DNA of 64,000 nt. Source: an uncultured Chloroflexia bacterium (GTDB taxonomy: Bacteria; Chloroflexota; Limnocylindria; Limnocylindrales; CSP1-4). Positions 41,715 through 52,882 of this stretch are shown in pieces. The stretch lies in assembly GCA_963715245.1 (NCBI GenBank), contig CAVQRM010000001.1, positions 643,188 to 707,187 on the forward strand, written 5' to 3'. Positions within the stretch are counted from its first letter, which is position 1; the number at the start of each line of letters is the position of its first letter. Below the pieces are notes generated by a model. That model was not told the origin of the DNA. It saw only the letters and a list, made by a program, of their open reading frames with translations, and ran no database searches. The translations under genes were made by a program, and so were the position numbers.

Positions 41715-42918
41715 ATGCAGGCGCACGCGATCACGCTGCTCGGAACCGGTCTGATCGGCGACTTCTACACGATGACGCTCCACGGGCAGCGCGGGCGTGA
41801 CCGCGTGCGGGTCGTCTACTCCAGGAGCGAGGGTCGCGGCGACGCCTTCCGGGAGCGCTGGGACATTCCGGAGTCCACGACGGACATGGAGGCGGCGATC
41901 CGCCATCCCGACACGGACGTCGTGATCGTCGCCCTGCCGAACCACCTCCACGAGCAGGCGGTCAAGGCCGTCGCGGCCGCCGGCAAGGCGGTCCTGTGCA
42001 CGAAGCCGCTCGGGCGCACGGCGGACGAGGCCCGGCGGATGCTCGAGGCCGTCGAGGCGGCCGGGGTCTTCGGCGGGTACCTGGAGGATCTCTGCTACAC
42101 GCCCAAGACGCTCAAGGCGATCCGGTCCGTGCGAGGACGGCGCGCTCGGCGACGTGACGTGGGTCCGCTCGCGCGAGACGCACCCGGGACCCCACAGCGC
42201 GTGGTTCTGGGACGGCCGGCTGACGGGCGGCGGCGCGATCATCGACCTCGGCTGCCACTGCATCGAGATCATCCGCAACTTCGTGGGCAAGGGGAACCGG
42301 CCGGTCTCCGTCATGTGCCACACGGACACGCTCGTGCACCCGATCGACGACGAGGACAACGCCGTCGCGCTCATCCGGTTCGAGTCGGGCGCGATCGGCC
42401 AGTTCGAGGTGAGCTGGACGTTCCGCGGCGGCATGGACCTGCGCGACGAGGTGGCGGGCACGCACGGCACGATCTGGCTCAACCACTTCCTGCGCACGGG
42501 CTACGAGATGTTCACCGCGGGCGGGTCCGGTGGGTACGTCGCCGAGAAGGCCGAGACCGCGGCCGGCTGGCTGTTCCCCGTGGGCGACGAGGTGTCCGAG
42601 CTCGGCTACGTCGACATGTTCTCGGACATGTTCAACGCGATCGACGGCGCCCGGGCGCCCCAGGAGACGTTCTACGACGGGTACGTCGTCAACGCGGTCA
42701 TGGACGCCTGCTACCGGTCCGCGAAGAGCGGCGCGTGGGAGCCCGTCGACCTGTTCGAGTGGCGCGGCGGCACGACGGCGCGGATCGGGAGCGAGCCGGA
42801 GCTGTACGAGGGGTTCGTCGTGATCAAGCGCGAGGTGCTGCCCGGACGGGCGCGAGAAGCTGATCCTCAAGGACCCGGCGAGGGCGACTTCGTGGACAGG
42901 GTCGTCGCCGGGGCGTGA
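41715..42918 (+). CDS. Gfo/Idh/MocA-family NAD(P)-dependent oxidoreductase (copy 1); apparent frameshift ~42140
   Basis: Rossmann N-terminus (…[13 protein letters not shown]…[14 protein letters not shown]…) in ORF 41715..42863. C-terminal alpha/beta domain in ORF 42154..42918. Confidence 0.65.
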
Positions 42919-43641
42919 CCGGGACGGCCCCCCGGATCGAGGTCCTCCCGGCTCGGGAGTGGGCTGCCGTTGTCGCCGCGACGCTCCTGGAACGACTCTC
43001 GGCGAACCCGCGCCTCCGCGTCTGCCTGCCGACCGGCGACACGCCCTCGCCGGTGTACGGACGGCTCGCCGAGGCCGACCTCGCCGACGGGCGCCAGCTG
43101 GGCGCAGGCGACCGTCGTGCTGCTCGACGAGTGGGCAGGCCTCCCGCCGGGCGATCCGGCACGCTGCGACGCCCGGCTGCGGCGCGAGCTGCTCGACCGG
43201 CTCGCGCCCCCGCCGCGCGTTCGTCCCGATCGACGTCGACGGATCCGACGCCGCGATGGCCGCGGCGGCACATGACGCTGCGGCGCCGGGACCTCGATCT
43301 CGCGGTCCTCGGCCTGGGGATGAACGGGCACGTCGGCTTCAACGAGCCCGGGTCGCGCCCGGACGACGGCACCCGTCTCGTCCGGCTGGCCGCGTCCTCG
43401 CGCGAGGCGGCGACGAGCCGCTACGGCGCGAGCGCCGTCCCCACGGCCGGGATCACGGTTGGCCTGGCCCGGCTGCTGGAGGCCCGGGAGGCCTGGCTCC
43501 TCGTCACGGGGGAGCGGAAGGCGCGCGATCCTGCGACGCGCGCTCCGTGAGCCGGAGGGGCCGGACTGTCCGGCGTCGTACCTGCGGCGCCACCCGGCGC
43601 TGACGGTGTTCGCGGACGAGGCTGCCGCCGCGCTCCTCTGA
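42915..43641 (+). pseudogene. glucosamine-6-phosphate deaminase/6-phosphogluconolactonase (NagB/Pgl)-family gene disrupted by ~4 frameshifts
   Basis: Family motifs scattered over three frames: …LPTGDTPSPVYGRLAE… (frame 0), …WAQATVVLLDEWAGLPPGD… (frame +1), …LGLGMNGHVGFNEPGS… (frame 0), C-terminal …PASYLRRHPALTVFADEAAAALL (frame +1). Confidence 0.5.
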
Positions 43642-43662
43642 GGGTTCCGCAGCCGGCTCGCC

Positions 43663-44973
43663 CCGTCAGGCGAGGGCGACCTCGGGCATGCCGGCGGGGC
43701 CGCCGGCCGCGAGCCAGCCCTCGATCGCATCGCGCGAGAACAGCTGGTCGACGACCAGCGCCGAGGTGCCGATGACGCCCGCCGAGCATCCCGAGCGACG
43801 AGCGCTGGATCACCAGCGATCGCGTCGCGAGCGGGAGCGAGCGGCCGTAGACCGTCTGGCGGATCGCCGCGAGGAGCTGGTCGCCGCTCTGCGCGACGCC
43901 GCCGCCGATGACGATCAGCGACGGGTTGAAGAAGTTGACGACGCTCGCGAGCATCTGGCCGACGCGCTGGCCCGCCTCCTGGAGCATGCCGATGGCGACC
44001 GGGTCGCCAAAGGCGGCTGCCCGCGCGACGTCCTCCGCGGTCACGGTTCCCCGTTCGTCGAGCGCCGCGGCCATGCGTGCGCTCAGGCCCCGGGCGGCCG
44101 CCGCCTCGCCCTGGATGCGGAGCGCATGACCGCCCGCGAGCGCCTCGAGACAGCCGACGTTGCCGCAGCGGCAGACCACGGATGGGTCGTCGACCACCTG
44201 GATGTGGCCGACGTCGCCCGCGCTTCCCTGGGCGCCGCGATGGAGGCGGCCGTCGGAGATGATGCCGGCGCCGATGCCCGTCCCGATCTTGACGACGACG
44301 ACGTTGTCGTGGCCCTGCGGCGATACCCGACCGCCACTCGCCGAGCGCGAGGACGTTGACGTCGTTGTCCACCCACACCGGGGCATCGAAGCGCTCGGCG
44401 AACCGCTCGCGGATCGCATAGCCGTCCCAGCCGGGCATGATCGGCGGCGAGATGGGCCGGCCCGTCGCGAACTCCACCGGTCCCGGCACCGCCGACGCCG
44501 ACGCCCCAGACCGGGATCGCGAGGTGCTTCGAGGTGTGCTGGAGCTGGGTGAACAGCTCCTCGACGCGGCCGAGCACGACCTCGGGTCCATCGGCGATGT
44601 CCGCGGGCTCCGTGTAATGGCCGAGGATGCGCCCGTCGAGATCGGTGATCGCGACGTCGATGCTCGTCGCCCCGAGGTCAGCGACCAGGACCTGGCCGGC
44701 ATCCGCCTGGAACGCGAGCTGGCGGGGCGGACGGCCACCCGTGCTGGGACCGACGTCGCCCTCGGTGACGAGCCCGCGGTCCAGCAGCTCCTGCACCCGG
44801 CGGGCGACGATCGCCCGCCCGAGGCCGGTCCGCGTCACGAGCTCCGAGCGGGACCGCGACCGGCCCAGCCGGATCTCGTCGAGGACGACGACGAGCGCGT
44901 CGAGCACCTCGTCCGGGAGCGCATCCAGGGGCCGCTGATCCGGCGGCCGTTCGAGCTGCTGCACGGAACGCAT
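43663..44973 (-). pseudogene. ROK-family (NagC/XylR-like) transcriptional regulator/sugar kinase gene with several frameshifts
   Basis: N-terminal wHTH (…SELVTRTGLGRAIVARRVQELLDRGLV…) and ROK motifs (…VKIGTGIGAGIISDGRLHRGAQGSAGDVGHIQVV…CRCGNVGCLEALAGG…) split between ORFs 44083..44997 and 43421..44419 and a third frame. Confidence 0.55.
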
Positions 44974-45119
44974 GCTACATCGCGGTGAGGCGTGCACAAC
45001 GGGCCTTTTGTCGTTGACACGCCGAAGTATGCTGGGCGGGACATTGTGGATCGCTTTCGGGCGACCGGCCGCCTGATCCGGCGCCGCGCCCGGCGCGGTA
45101 CCCGTACTATCCTCTGGAC

Positions 45120-45129
45120 TGTCTAGACA
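45120..45129. promoter_or_regulatory. 10-bp perfect palindrome TGTCTAGACA in the AT-richer divergent region between the ROK regulator and the downstream sugar operon; candidate operator
   Basis: Read directly, ~35 nt upstream of the Gfo/Idh/MocA gene start. Confidence 0.2.
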
Positions 45130-45161
45130 AGTTGTCGCGGTCTGAAGCCTGACTGGAGAGC

Positions 45162-46338
45162 GTGACCGAGATGGTGCGCCGGAGCGACATCAGCACCGCC
45201 GTCATCGGCAGCGGGTTCATCGGGACCGTGCACATCGAGGCCCTCCGCCGGATCGGCGTGCAGGTCGCCGGCCTCCTCGAGTCCACGCCGGAGCTCGGCG
45301 CGAGGCGCGCCGCGGAGCTCGGCCTGCCGAAGTCGTGGGACAGCCTTGACGCCGTCCTCGCGGACCCGACGGTCCAGGTCGTCCACGTCACCAGCCCCAA
45401 CGAGCTCCACTACGAGCAGGCGTCCGCGATCCTCGGCGGCCGGCAAGCACGTCATCTGCGAGAAGCCGCTCGCCATGACGTCGCAGGAGTCCGCGGCGCT
45501 CGTCGCGCAGGCCGCGGCGTCCGGGCTCGTCAACGCCGTCAACTTCAACATCCGGTTCTACCCGCTCAACCAGCACGTCGCCCAGCTCGTGCGCGACGGC
45601 GGGGTGGGGGACGTCCGCTTCGTCAACGGGCGCTACTTCCAGGACTGGCTGCTGTTCGACACGGACTGGAACTGGCGGCTCGAGAAGGACAAGGGTGGTG
45701 CGCTGCGGGCGGTCGGCGACATCGGGAGCCACTGGCTGGACCTCACCTCGTTCCTCACCGGGCTGCGCCTCGAGGCCGTCATGGCCGAGCTCACGACCTT
45801 CATCCCGGTCCGCCAGAAGCCGGCCGGTCCCGTGCTCACCTTCTCGACCGAGCGGGCGGCGGAGACCGTGCCCGTCGAGATCAACACCGAGGACACGGCG
45901 ACGATCCTGCTGCGCTTCGAAGGCGGCGCTCGCGGCAGCGTGGCCATCTCCCAGCTCAGCCCCGGCCGCAAGAACAGCATCGTCTACCAGATCGACGGCT
46001 CCTCCTCCGCCGTCGCGTGGGATTCGGAGCAGCCTGAGCAACTTTGGATCGGTCATCGCGACCGTCCGAACGAGCTGCTGCTCCGAAACCCCGCGCTGAT
46101 GAACGGCGCGGGGGCCGCGGCAGCCCGCCTGCCCGGCGGCCACGTGGAGGGCTTCGCCGACACGTTCGGCGCGGTGTTCGGCGCCGTCTACGACGACGTC
46201 ATCGCCGGTCGCCCGTCCGCCGACCCGCGCTACGCGACGTTCGCCGACGGCCACGAGGAGATGCTCGTCGGCGACGCGGTCCTCGAGAGCTCCCGGACGG
46301 GCCGCTGGGTCGAGATCGCCCGCGGCGCCGGCGCATGA
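45162..46338 (+). CDS. Gfo/Idh/MocA-family oxidoreductase (copy 2); apparent frameshift ~45430
   Basis: …TAVIGSGFIGTVHIEALRR… N-terminus in ORF 45162..46037. Remainder (…GKHVICEKPLAMT…) in ORF 45346..46338. Confidence 0.7.
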
Positions 46339-46381
46339 CCATCCCCCCCGTGTGCGTCCACCAGCGAGAGGAGCAGCCGCG

Positions 46382-47297
46382 ATGAAGCTCGGCTTCCTGA
46401 CCGCCCCGTTCCCCGAGACGCCGCTGATGGAGGTGGCCGACTGGGCCGCCGGCGTCGGGTTCGAGGTCCTCGAGATCGCCTGCTGGCCCCGGAGCGGAGG
46501 CGACACCCGCCGCTACGCGGGCACCAGCCACATCGACGTCGCCACGCCTCTCCGCGTCGCAGGCGCGCGACATCCGGGCCGAGATCGAGGGCAAGGGCCT
46601 CGCCATCTCGGGCCTCGGCTTCTACCCCAACCCGCTCCACCCGGACCCGGCCCATCGCGACCAGGTCATCGGCCATCTCAAGCTCGTGATCGACGCGGCC
46701 GAGAAGATGGACCTCCCGCTGGTGAACACGTTCATGGGCGGTGACGGCGCCCTGAACCAGGACCAGAACTGGGAGCGGGCGCTCGAGATCTGGCCCGACA
46801 TCGTCAGCTACGCGCAGGACCACGGCCGGAAGATCACGCTCGAGAACTGCCCGATGCTGTTCAGCTACGACGAGTGGCCGGGCGGGCACAACATCGCGAC
46901 CTCGCCCCGGATGTGGCGCCGGATCCTGGAGCAGTGGGGCGGCACGATCGGGCTCAACTTCGACCCGAGCCACCTCATCCTCCAGATGATCGACATCCGC
47001 CGGTTCCTCGTGGAGTTCGGGCCGCACGTCCTCCACTACCAGGCGAAGGACCTGATGATCGACCGCGACGGGCTGTACGAGCGCGGCATCTTCAGCATGG
47101 GCATGGGCTGGCAGGTCCCGCGGATCCCCGGCCTGGGCGACGTGGACTGGAGCGTCGTCCACGGCGAGCTGTACCGGGCCGGCTACGAAGGGGACTGCAT
47201 CATCGAGCACGAGGACCGCCGCTTCGAGGGGACCGACGAGAAGGTCAAGCAGGGGTTCCTCATCGCCCGTGACGTCCTTCGTCCGTACTGCCATTGA
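46382..47297 (+). CDS. sugar phosphate isomerase/epimerase (xylose-isomerase-like TIM barrel) family protein; apparent frameshift ~46565
   Basis: MKLGFLTAPFPETPLMEVADWAAGVGFEVLEIACWP… in ORF 46352..46744. Remainder (…KITLENCPMLFSYDEWPGGHNIATSP…) in ORF 46686..47297. Confidence 0.65.
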
Positions 47298-47325
47298 GCA
47301 CACGAGCGGCCGTGCCGTGCGCGGG

Positions 47326-47371
47326 GTTGACCCGGACGGGTCCGGTCCATACCATCGGTAATCGATTATCG
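47326..47371 (+). promoter_or_regulatory. sigma70-like promoter (TTGACC-17 nt-TACCAT) immediately followed by the 11-bp palindrome TCGATTATCGA; candidate promoter plus repressor operator for the deoC-led operon
   Basis: Read directly. The same architecture recurs at 61242..61281 on the minus strand, with 15/15 identity over ATCGATTATCGAGGA and similar spacers. Confidence 0.4.
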
Positions 47372-47439
47372 AGGACAACCGTGCTGCAGCCCGACGGGAC
47401 CCGGGCCGCAACCGGCAGGCCCCCGGCATCCGGAGCGAC

Positions 47440-48180
47440 ATGACCCTTTCGATCGAGCACCTGACCGAGCGCGACATCGCGAAGACCATCGACCACAGCC
47501 TCCTGCGGCCGGAGCTCGACGACGAGTTCGTCGAGGACGGCTGCCGGCTGGCCGCCCGATACGACGTCGCCTCCGTGTGCGTGCGTCCCGCGGACGTCCG
47601 GCGCGCGGCGGCGATTCTCGACGGGACCGACGTCGCGGTGGGCACGACCATCGGCTTCCCGCACGGCAACCACGCGACCGAGACCAAGGTGTTCGAGGCC
47701 CGGCAGGCCCTCGCGGACGGCGCAACCGAGCTGGACATGGTCATCAGGATCGGCGCGCTCAAGAGCGGTCGCGACCAGGATGTCGAGGACGACATCCGTG
47801 CGGTCGTGGAGGTCGCCCACGCCGCCGGTGCGATCGTCAAGGTGATCTTCGAGAACGCCTACCTCACGGATGACGAGAAGATCCGCGCGTGCCGGCTCAC
47901 CGAGGCCGCGGGCGCCGACTTCGTCAAGACGAGCACCGGCTTCGCCCCATCGGGGGCCACCCACGAGGACCTGCGCCTCATGCGCGCGAACACGGGCGCG
48001 CACGTCCAGGTGAAGGCCGCGGGCGGGGTGCGCACCCTGGATGCGCTGCTCGCGGTCATGGAGATCGGCGTCACACGGATCGGCGCAACCGCCACCGAGA
48101 CCATCATCGCCGACTTCCGCGCCCGCAAGGCCGGCGAGGTCCCGGGCGCCGCCGTCACCTCGGACTCGGGCGCCTACTGA
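47440..48180 (+). CDS. deoC: deoxyribose-phosphate aldolase
   Basis: …LLRPELDDEFVEDGCRLAARYDVASVCVRP…FVKTSTGFAPSGATHEDLRLMR…VKAAGGVRTLD… is class I aldolase DeoC signature with Schiff-base Lys context. Intact. Confidence 0.85.
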   Translation: MTLSIEHLTERDIAKTIDHSLLRPELDDEFVEDGCRLAARYDVASVCVRPADVRRAAAILDGTDVAVGTTIGFPHGNHATETKVFEARQALADGATELDMVIRIGALKSGRDQDVEDDIRAVVEVAHAAGAIVKVIFENAYLTDDEKIRACRLTEAAGADFVKTSTGFAPSGATHEDLRLMRANTGAHVQVKAAGGVRTLDALLAVMEIGVTRIGATATETIIADFRARKAGEVPGAAVTSDSGAY

Positions 48181-49242
48181 TGCCGCCGGTCGGCGTCGGG
48201 ATGCTCGGCTGCGGCTTCATCGGCGAGTTCCACGCCCTGGGCCTGCGGTACGTGGCCGACGCCAGGCTCGTCGCCGCGTGCGACGCCAGCCCGGAGCGCG
48301 TGGCCGGGTACACCGAGCGGTTCGGCGGGCGGCCCTACGCGACCGTCGAGGAGCTGTGCGCCGACCCCGACGTCGACCTCGTCGTCGTCTCGCTGCCCAA
48401 CCACCTGCACCGCGAGGCCGTGCGCACGGCCGCCGCCGCGGGCAAGGGCGTCGCGTGCACCAAGCCGCTCGGGCGCAACGCGACCGAGGCGGCCGACATG
48501 CTGGCCGCGGTCACGGACGCCGGCGTGTTCAACGCCTACCTCGAGAACGTCATCTTCAACCCGGACCTGCTGCGGATGCGCGAGATGGTGGAGGCCGGCG
48601 CCATCGGCCGCCTGACGACCGCACGCGCGCGTGAGGGCCACTCGGGTCCGCACGCGGCACACTTCTGGGATGCCGAGCTGGCGGGGGGCGGGGCGCTCCT
48701 CGACATGGCGTCGCACGGCGTGGAGTACGCGCGGTTCCTGTTCGGCAAGGACGCTCGCGGTCGCCGACGTGTTCGCGTGGGGCGCCACCCTCGTCCACGG
48801 CGAGCGGACCACTGGCGAGGACAATGCGGTCATGGTGATGCGCTTCGAGGACGGGCGCGCCGCGACGATCGACGTCTCGTGGTCGTCGAAGGGCGGGCTC
48901 GAGGGCCGCTTCGAGGCCTACGGGGACGCCGGCCGGCTGATCACGGACATCAGCGTCGGGTCCCTCAAGGCGTTCGTGGAGCGCCCGGCAGGCTACGTCG
49001 TGGAGAAGGCCGACGCCGAGACCGGCTGGGTGTTCCCGGTGCCGGACGAGGTGCGCGTCCACGGCCACGACCTGATGATGGCCGACGTGATCGACGCGTT
49101 CCGAAGCGGCCGCGCCCCGAAGGAGACGTTCCGCGACGGCTTCGCCGTGAATGCCGTCCTCGACGCCGCGTACCGATCGCTCCGCAGCGGCACCTGGGAG
49201 CCCGTGGCGACGACCCCCGTGCCCGCGATGGCCGCCTCGTGA
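48181..49242 (+). CDS. Gfo/Idh/MocA-family oxidoreductase (copy 3); apparent frameshift ~48760
   Basis: ATG overlapping deoC stop (TGATG). …VGMLGCGFIGEFHALGLR…VVVSLPNHLHREA… N-terminus in the long ORF 47889. C-terminal part in ORF 48631..49242. Confidence 0.7.
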
Positions 49243-50036
49243 ACGCGACGACGACCGCCGCCACCACGTGGCTCGGGGATGCCGCCGCCGTCCTCGCCCG
49301 CGTCGCCGAGACCCAGGCCGACGGGATCGAGACGGCGAGCCGCTGGTGCGCCGACGCCATCGCCGCCGACGGGCTCGTCCACCTGTTCGGCACCGGGCAC
49401 AGCCGGATCCCGGTGGAGGAGATGTTCCCGCGGTACGGGTCGTATCCGGGCTTCAACCCGATCGTGGAGCTGTCGATGACGTTCCACACCCAGGTCGTCG
49501 GGGCGAACGGCCAGCGCCAGGCGATGTTCATCGAGCGGATGCCCGGGCTCGCGGAGGTGATCCTCTGCAACTTCACCTTCGGCCCGCGCGACGTGATGAT
49601 GGTGTTCTCGGCCGGTGGCCTGACGGCCGTCCCGGTCGAGATGGCGCGCGGGGCGAAGGCCCGCGGCCTGCGCGTGATCGCGGTGACCTCCGTCGCGCAG
49701 TCGATGTCCTCGGAGCCCGAGCCGGCGGCCGGCCAGCGACTGCTCGAGGTCGCGGATCTCGTCCTCGACCTATGCTCTCCGCACGCCGACGCGTCGGTCA
49801 CGATTCCCGGCCTGGAAAGTCCGGTCGGCCCGTTGTCGACGGTCGGCGCAGTCGCCATTGTCAACGCCATCAAGTCCCGGACCGCAGAGCTCCTCGTCGA
49901 TCGAGGGGCGATGCCGCCGGTCATCAGCCGCGCCAGCGCGGTTGGCCCTGACCGGTCGCGGGAGTTGTTCGACGAAGCCTATCGAGAGCATGCGCGGCGG
50001 CTCGCCCGTGCGATCGGCCAGCAAGGAGGTGGGTGA
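49239..50036 (+). CDS. SIS (sugar isomerase) domain protein
   Basis: GTG start overlapping upstream stop. …GLVHLFGTGHSRIPVEEMF…VMMVFSAGGLTAVPVEMARGAKARGLRVIAVTS… Intact. Confidence 0.6.
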   Translation: MNATTTAATTWLGDAAAVLARVAETQADGIETASRWCADAIAADGLVHLFGTGHSRIPVEEMFPRYGSYPGFNPIVELSMTFHTQVVGANGQRQAMFIERMPGLAEVILCNFTFGPRDVMMVFSAGGLTAVPVEMARGAKARGLRVIAVTSVAQSMSSEPEPAAGQRLLEVADLVLDLCSPHADASVTIPGLESPVGPLSTVGAVAIVNAIKSRTAELLVDRGAMPPVISRASAVGPDRSRELFDEAYREHARRLARAIGQQGGG

Positions 50037-50130
50037 CGCTTCAACGAGCCCGTGGTAGCGCAACGTCAGGGTTCCAGGCGGACCTGGCTCCGATCGGAGC
50101 CGTCGGCCGCCACAAGGAGGAGACGCGTTC

Positions 50131-51225
50131 ATGAAGCATCTGGGCAAGGCCCGCGCGGTGGTCGCCATCGGCGCGATCGCGCTCGTCGCTGCCGCGTGCG
50201 GCAGCGGCGGTGGCAGCAGCGACCAGTTCGCGATCGGCTATTCCAACGGCCTCGGCGTCGGCAACGGCTTCCGCGAGGAGCAGGTCTGCACCGCGAAGGC
50301 CGAGGCGCTCGCCTCGGGCAAGGTGTCCACGCTGACCACCATTCACCGGGTCACCGACTCGGCCGGCCAGCTCCAGGACATCCGCGACCTGATCGCGAAG
50401 GGCGTGAAGGCCATCGTCTTCAACCCGAACGACACCGAGGCGCTCAACCCGGCCCTCGACGAGGCCCAGGCGGCCGGCATCAAGACCGTCTCGGTCGATG
50501 CCTACGTCACCGACCCCGAGACCTACAACCTGTACAACAACCAGGTTGAGTACGCCAAGCTCGGCGCGAAGTGGCTGTTCGAGCAGATGGGCGGCCAGGG
50601 CACCGTGTACTACATGCGCGGTGCAGCCGGTCACCCGGCCGACAGCGACCGCGACATCGGGTTCAAGGAAGTCCTTGCCGAGTACCCGAACATCACGGTC
50701 GTCCCGAACGCCGACGGCGTCCACACGGGCTGGGATCCGGCGACCACCACCCAGCTGATCAACGACTTCATCGCCTCCGGCGAGTACGACAACATCCAGG
50801 GCATCTGGACGTCCGGCATGGACTCCCAGGTTGTTGACGCGATCTACGCGGCCGGCAAGACCCCCGTGCCGATCGTCGGCGCGGACCTCGGCGCGTTCGT
50901 GGCGCAGCTCCTCGACCCGGACAAGTACCCGGGCCTCGTGGGCGCGGCCGTCACCAACACCGCCGCCGTCGGCGGCGCAGGCGTCAACCTCGCGCTCAAG
51001 CTCCTCCAGGGCGAGACGATCGAGACCGCGGCCGACGCCCCCCAGCCGAACACCGTCCTCCTCGACCCCGTCGTCGCCGACAACGTGTCCGACGATGGCA
51101 AGGCCACGCTCGAGTCGTGGCAGGTGGACGGCCTCGATCCGCTGTGGCCGCTCGGCCTCACGATCGACGGCTGGACCACGTACACCCCCGAGCAGGCCGT
51201 CGCCTGCAAGGCTCCCGGCGAGTAG
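50131..51225 (+). CDS. sugar ABC transporter substrate-binding lipoprotein (RbsB/CUT2-type periplasmic binding protein)
   Basis: Lipobox …LVAAACGSGG… Type I PBP fold motifs. AAGGAG-like SD. Confidence 0.8.
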   Translation: MKHLGKARAVVAIGAIALVAAACGSGGGSSDQFAIGYSNGLGVGNGFREEQVCTAKAEALASGKVSTLTTIHRVTDSAGQLQDIRDLIAKGVKAIVFNPNDTEALNPALDEAQAAGIKTVSVDAYVTDPETYNLYNNQVEYAKLGAKWLFEQMGGQGTVYYMRGAAGHPADSDRDIGFKEVLAEYPNITVVPNADGVHTGWDPATTTQLINDFIASGEYDNIQGIWTSGMDSQVVDAIYAAGKTPVPIVGADLGAFVAQLLDPDKYPGLVGAAVTNTAAVGGAGVNLALKLLQGETIETAADAPQPNTVLLDPVVADNVSDDGKATLESWQVDGLDPLWPLGLTIDGWTTYTPEQAVACKAPGE

Positions 51226-51307
51226 ACTTTCCGCTCCGCGGAAGCCCTTCCAGGGGGATGCCGGTTCGCCGGCATCCCCCTCGTCCATCCCCACCGACCA
51301 GGGACCG

Positions 51308-52882
51308 ATGACCGTCAGCGCGCCCCCCTTCCTGCTCGAGGCCGAGGACGTTTCCAAGACCTACGGCGCCGTCGTGGCGCTCAAGGCCGCGTCCCTGCAC
51401 GTCAGACCCGGTGAGGTCCACGCGCTCATGGGGGCCAACGGCGCGGGCAAGAGCACGCTGGTCAAGATCCTGACCGGCGCCGTCCGCCCGAACTCCGGCC
51501 GCATCTCCGTGCGCGGCCGCGACCGCGTCGTCCACTCGCCCGCCGAGGCACGCCGCGGCGGTCTCGTCTCGGTGTACCAGGAGCCGGCCCTCATCCCGGA
51601 CCTGGACATCCGGGACAACCTCCGCCTCACCGATACCCCGCTCGAGCCGTTCCGCCACTGGCTCTCGGAGCTCGGGCTCGAGGGCCTCGACCTGTCCGAC
51701 CTGGCGCGGCGCGTGCCGCTCGCCTCGCTGCGGGTCATCGACCTCGCCCGGGCGCTCGCGATCGAGCCCGACATCCTGATGCTCGACGAGATGACCGCGG
51801 CCCTGCCCGCGAACCTCACGGAGCGGGTGCTCGAGGTCGTCGGCCGCACGCGCGGAGGAGACCGGTCCGTCCTCTTCATCTCCCACCGCATGATCGAGAT
51901 CGCCTCCGTGTGCGACCGGGCGACGGTCCTCCGCGAGGGCGAGACCGTCGGCGTCGTGGACGTCGAGGCCGGCTCCGAGGAGCGGATCGTCGAGCTGATG
52001 CTGGGCGAGGGGGTCGACGACGTCCCGGCGACCGGGGGTCGGGAGCCCACCGCCGCCCGCAGCGCAGCGCAGGGACCGCGGCTCGTCGCCCGGGCGCTCG
52101 CCCGCGGCGCGAGGCTCCAGGACGTCTCGTTCGAGCTGTACCCGGGCGAGGTGCTGGGCGTCGTCGCGCTCGAGGGCCAGGGCCAGGACGAGCTGTTCAA
52201 CGTCCTGTCGGGCTCGAGCCGGCCCGATGCCGGTGGCCTGTCGGTGGACGGGACGCCGGTCGTGTTCAAGCACCCCGCGGACGCGATCCGCGCGGGCCTC
52301 GTGTACGTCCCGGCGGACCGGGCGGAGGCGCTGCTCATGCAGCGGTCGGTGCGCGAGAACATCGCGCTCCCCCTGACGACGCGCCTGCGGGCATGGGGAC
52401 TCATCCGCACCGGCGAGGAGAACCGCATCGTCGACGGCGCGATCGACCGCCTCCAGATCGACACGCGCGCCCAGGGCGAGGTCCGCCGGCTGTCCGGCGG
52501 CAACCAGCAGAAGGTGACGATCGGGCGCTGGGTCGCGGGCGGCGTGCGGACGCTGCTCTGCTTCGACCCGACCCGCGGCATCGACATCCGGACGAAGCAC
52601 CAGATCTACGTCCTGCTCCGCGACCTCGCCGAGGCGGGCGCCGCGGTCCTCCTGTACACGTCCGAGCTCAAGGAGGTCCAGCTCGCGTGCGACCGGGCGA
52701 TCGTGATCTTCAACGGGCACGTGGTCGCCGAGATCGCCGTCCAGGACGCGGATGAGCCGACCCTGCTGCGGGCTGCGTACAACCTCACGTCGGACGCGGT
52801 GATCCCGCAGTTCACCGCCGGCGACGGGCCGGGCGCCGCGAACCCGACGCACGCCGAGCCGGCCACGGAGGCACCGGCATGA
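51308..52882 (+). CDS. sugar ABC transporter ATP-binding protein with duplicated NBDs (CUT2 family)
   Basis: Walker A GANGAGKST, two ABC signature regions (LSGGNQQKVTIGRW…). ~525 aa. Intact. Confidence 0.85.
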   Translation: MTVSAPPFLLEAEDVSKTYGAVVALKAASLHVRPGEVHALMGANGAGKSTLVKILTGAVRPNSGRISVRGRDRVVHSPAEARRGGLVSVYQEPALIPDLDIRDNLRLTDTPLEPFRHWLSELGLEGLDLSDLARRVPLASLRVIDLARALAIEPDILMLDEMTAALPANLTERVLEVVGRTRGGDRSVLFISHRMIEIASVCDRATVLREGETVGVVDVEAGSEERIVELMLGEGVDDVPATGGREPTAARSAAQGPRLVARALARGARLQDVSFELYPGEVLGVVALEGQGQDELFNVLSGSSRPDAGGLSVDGTPVVFKHPADAIRAGLVYVPADRAEALLMQRSVRENIALPLTTRLRAWGLIRTGEENRIVDGAIDRLQIDTRAQGEVRRLSGGNQQKVTIGRWVAGGVRTLLCFDPTRGIDIRTKHQIYVLLRDLAEAGAAVLLYTSELKEVQLACDRAIVIFNGHVVAEIAVQDADEPTLLRAAYNLTSDAVIPQFTAGDGPGAANPTHAEPATEAPA

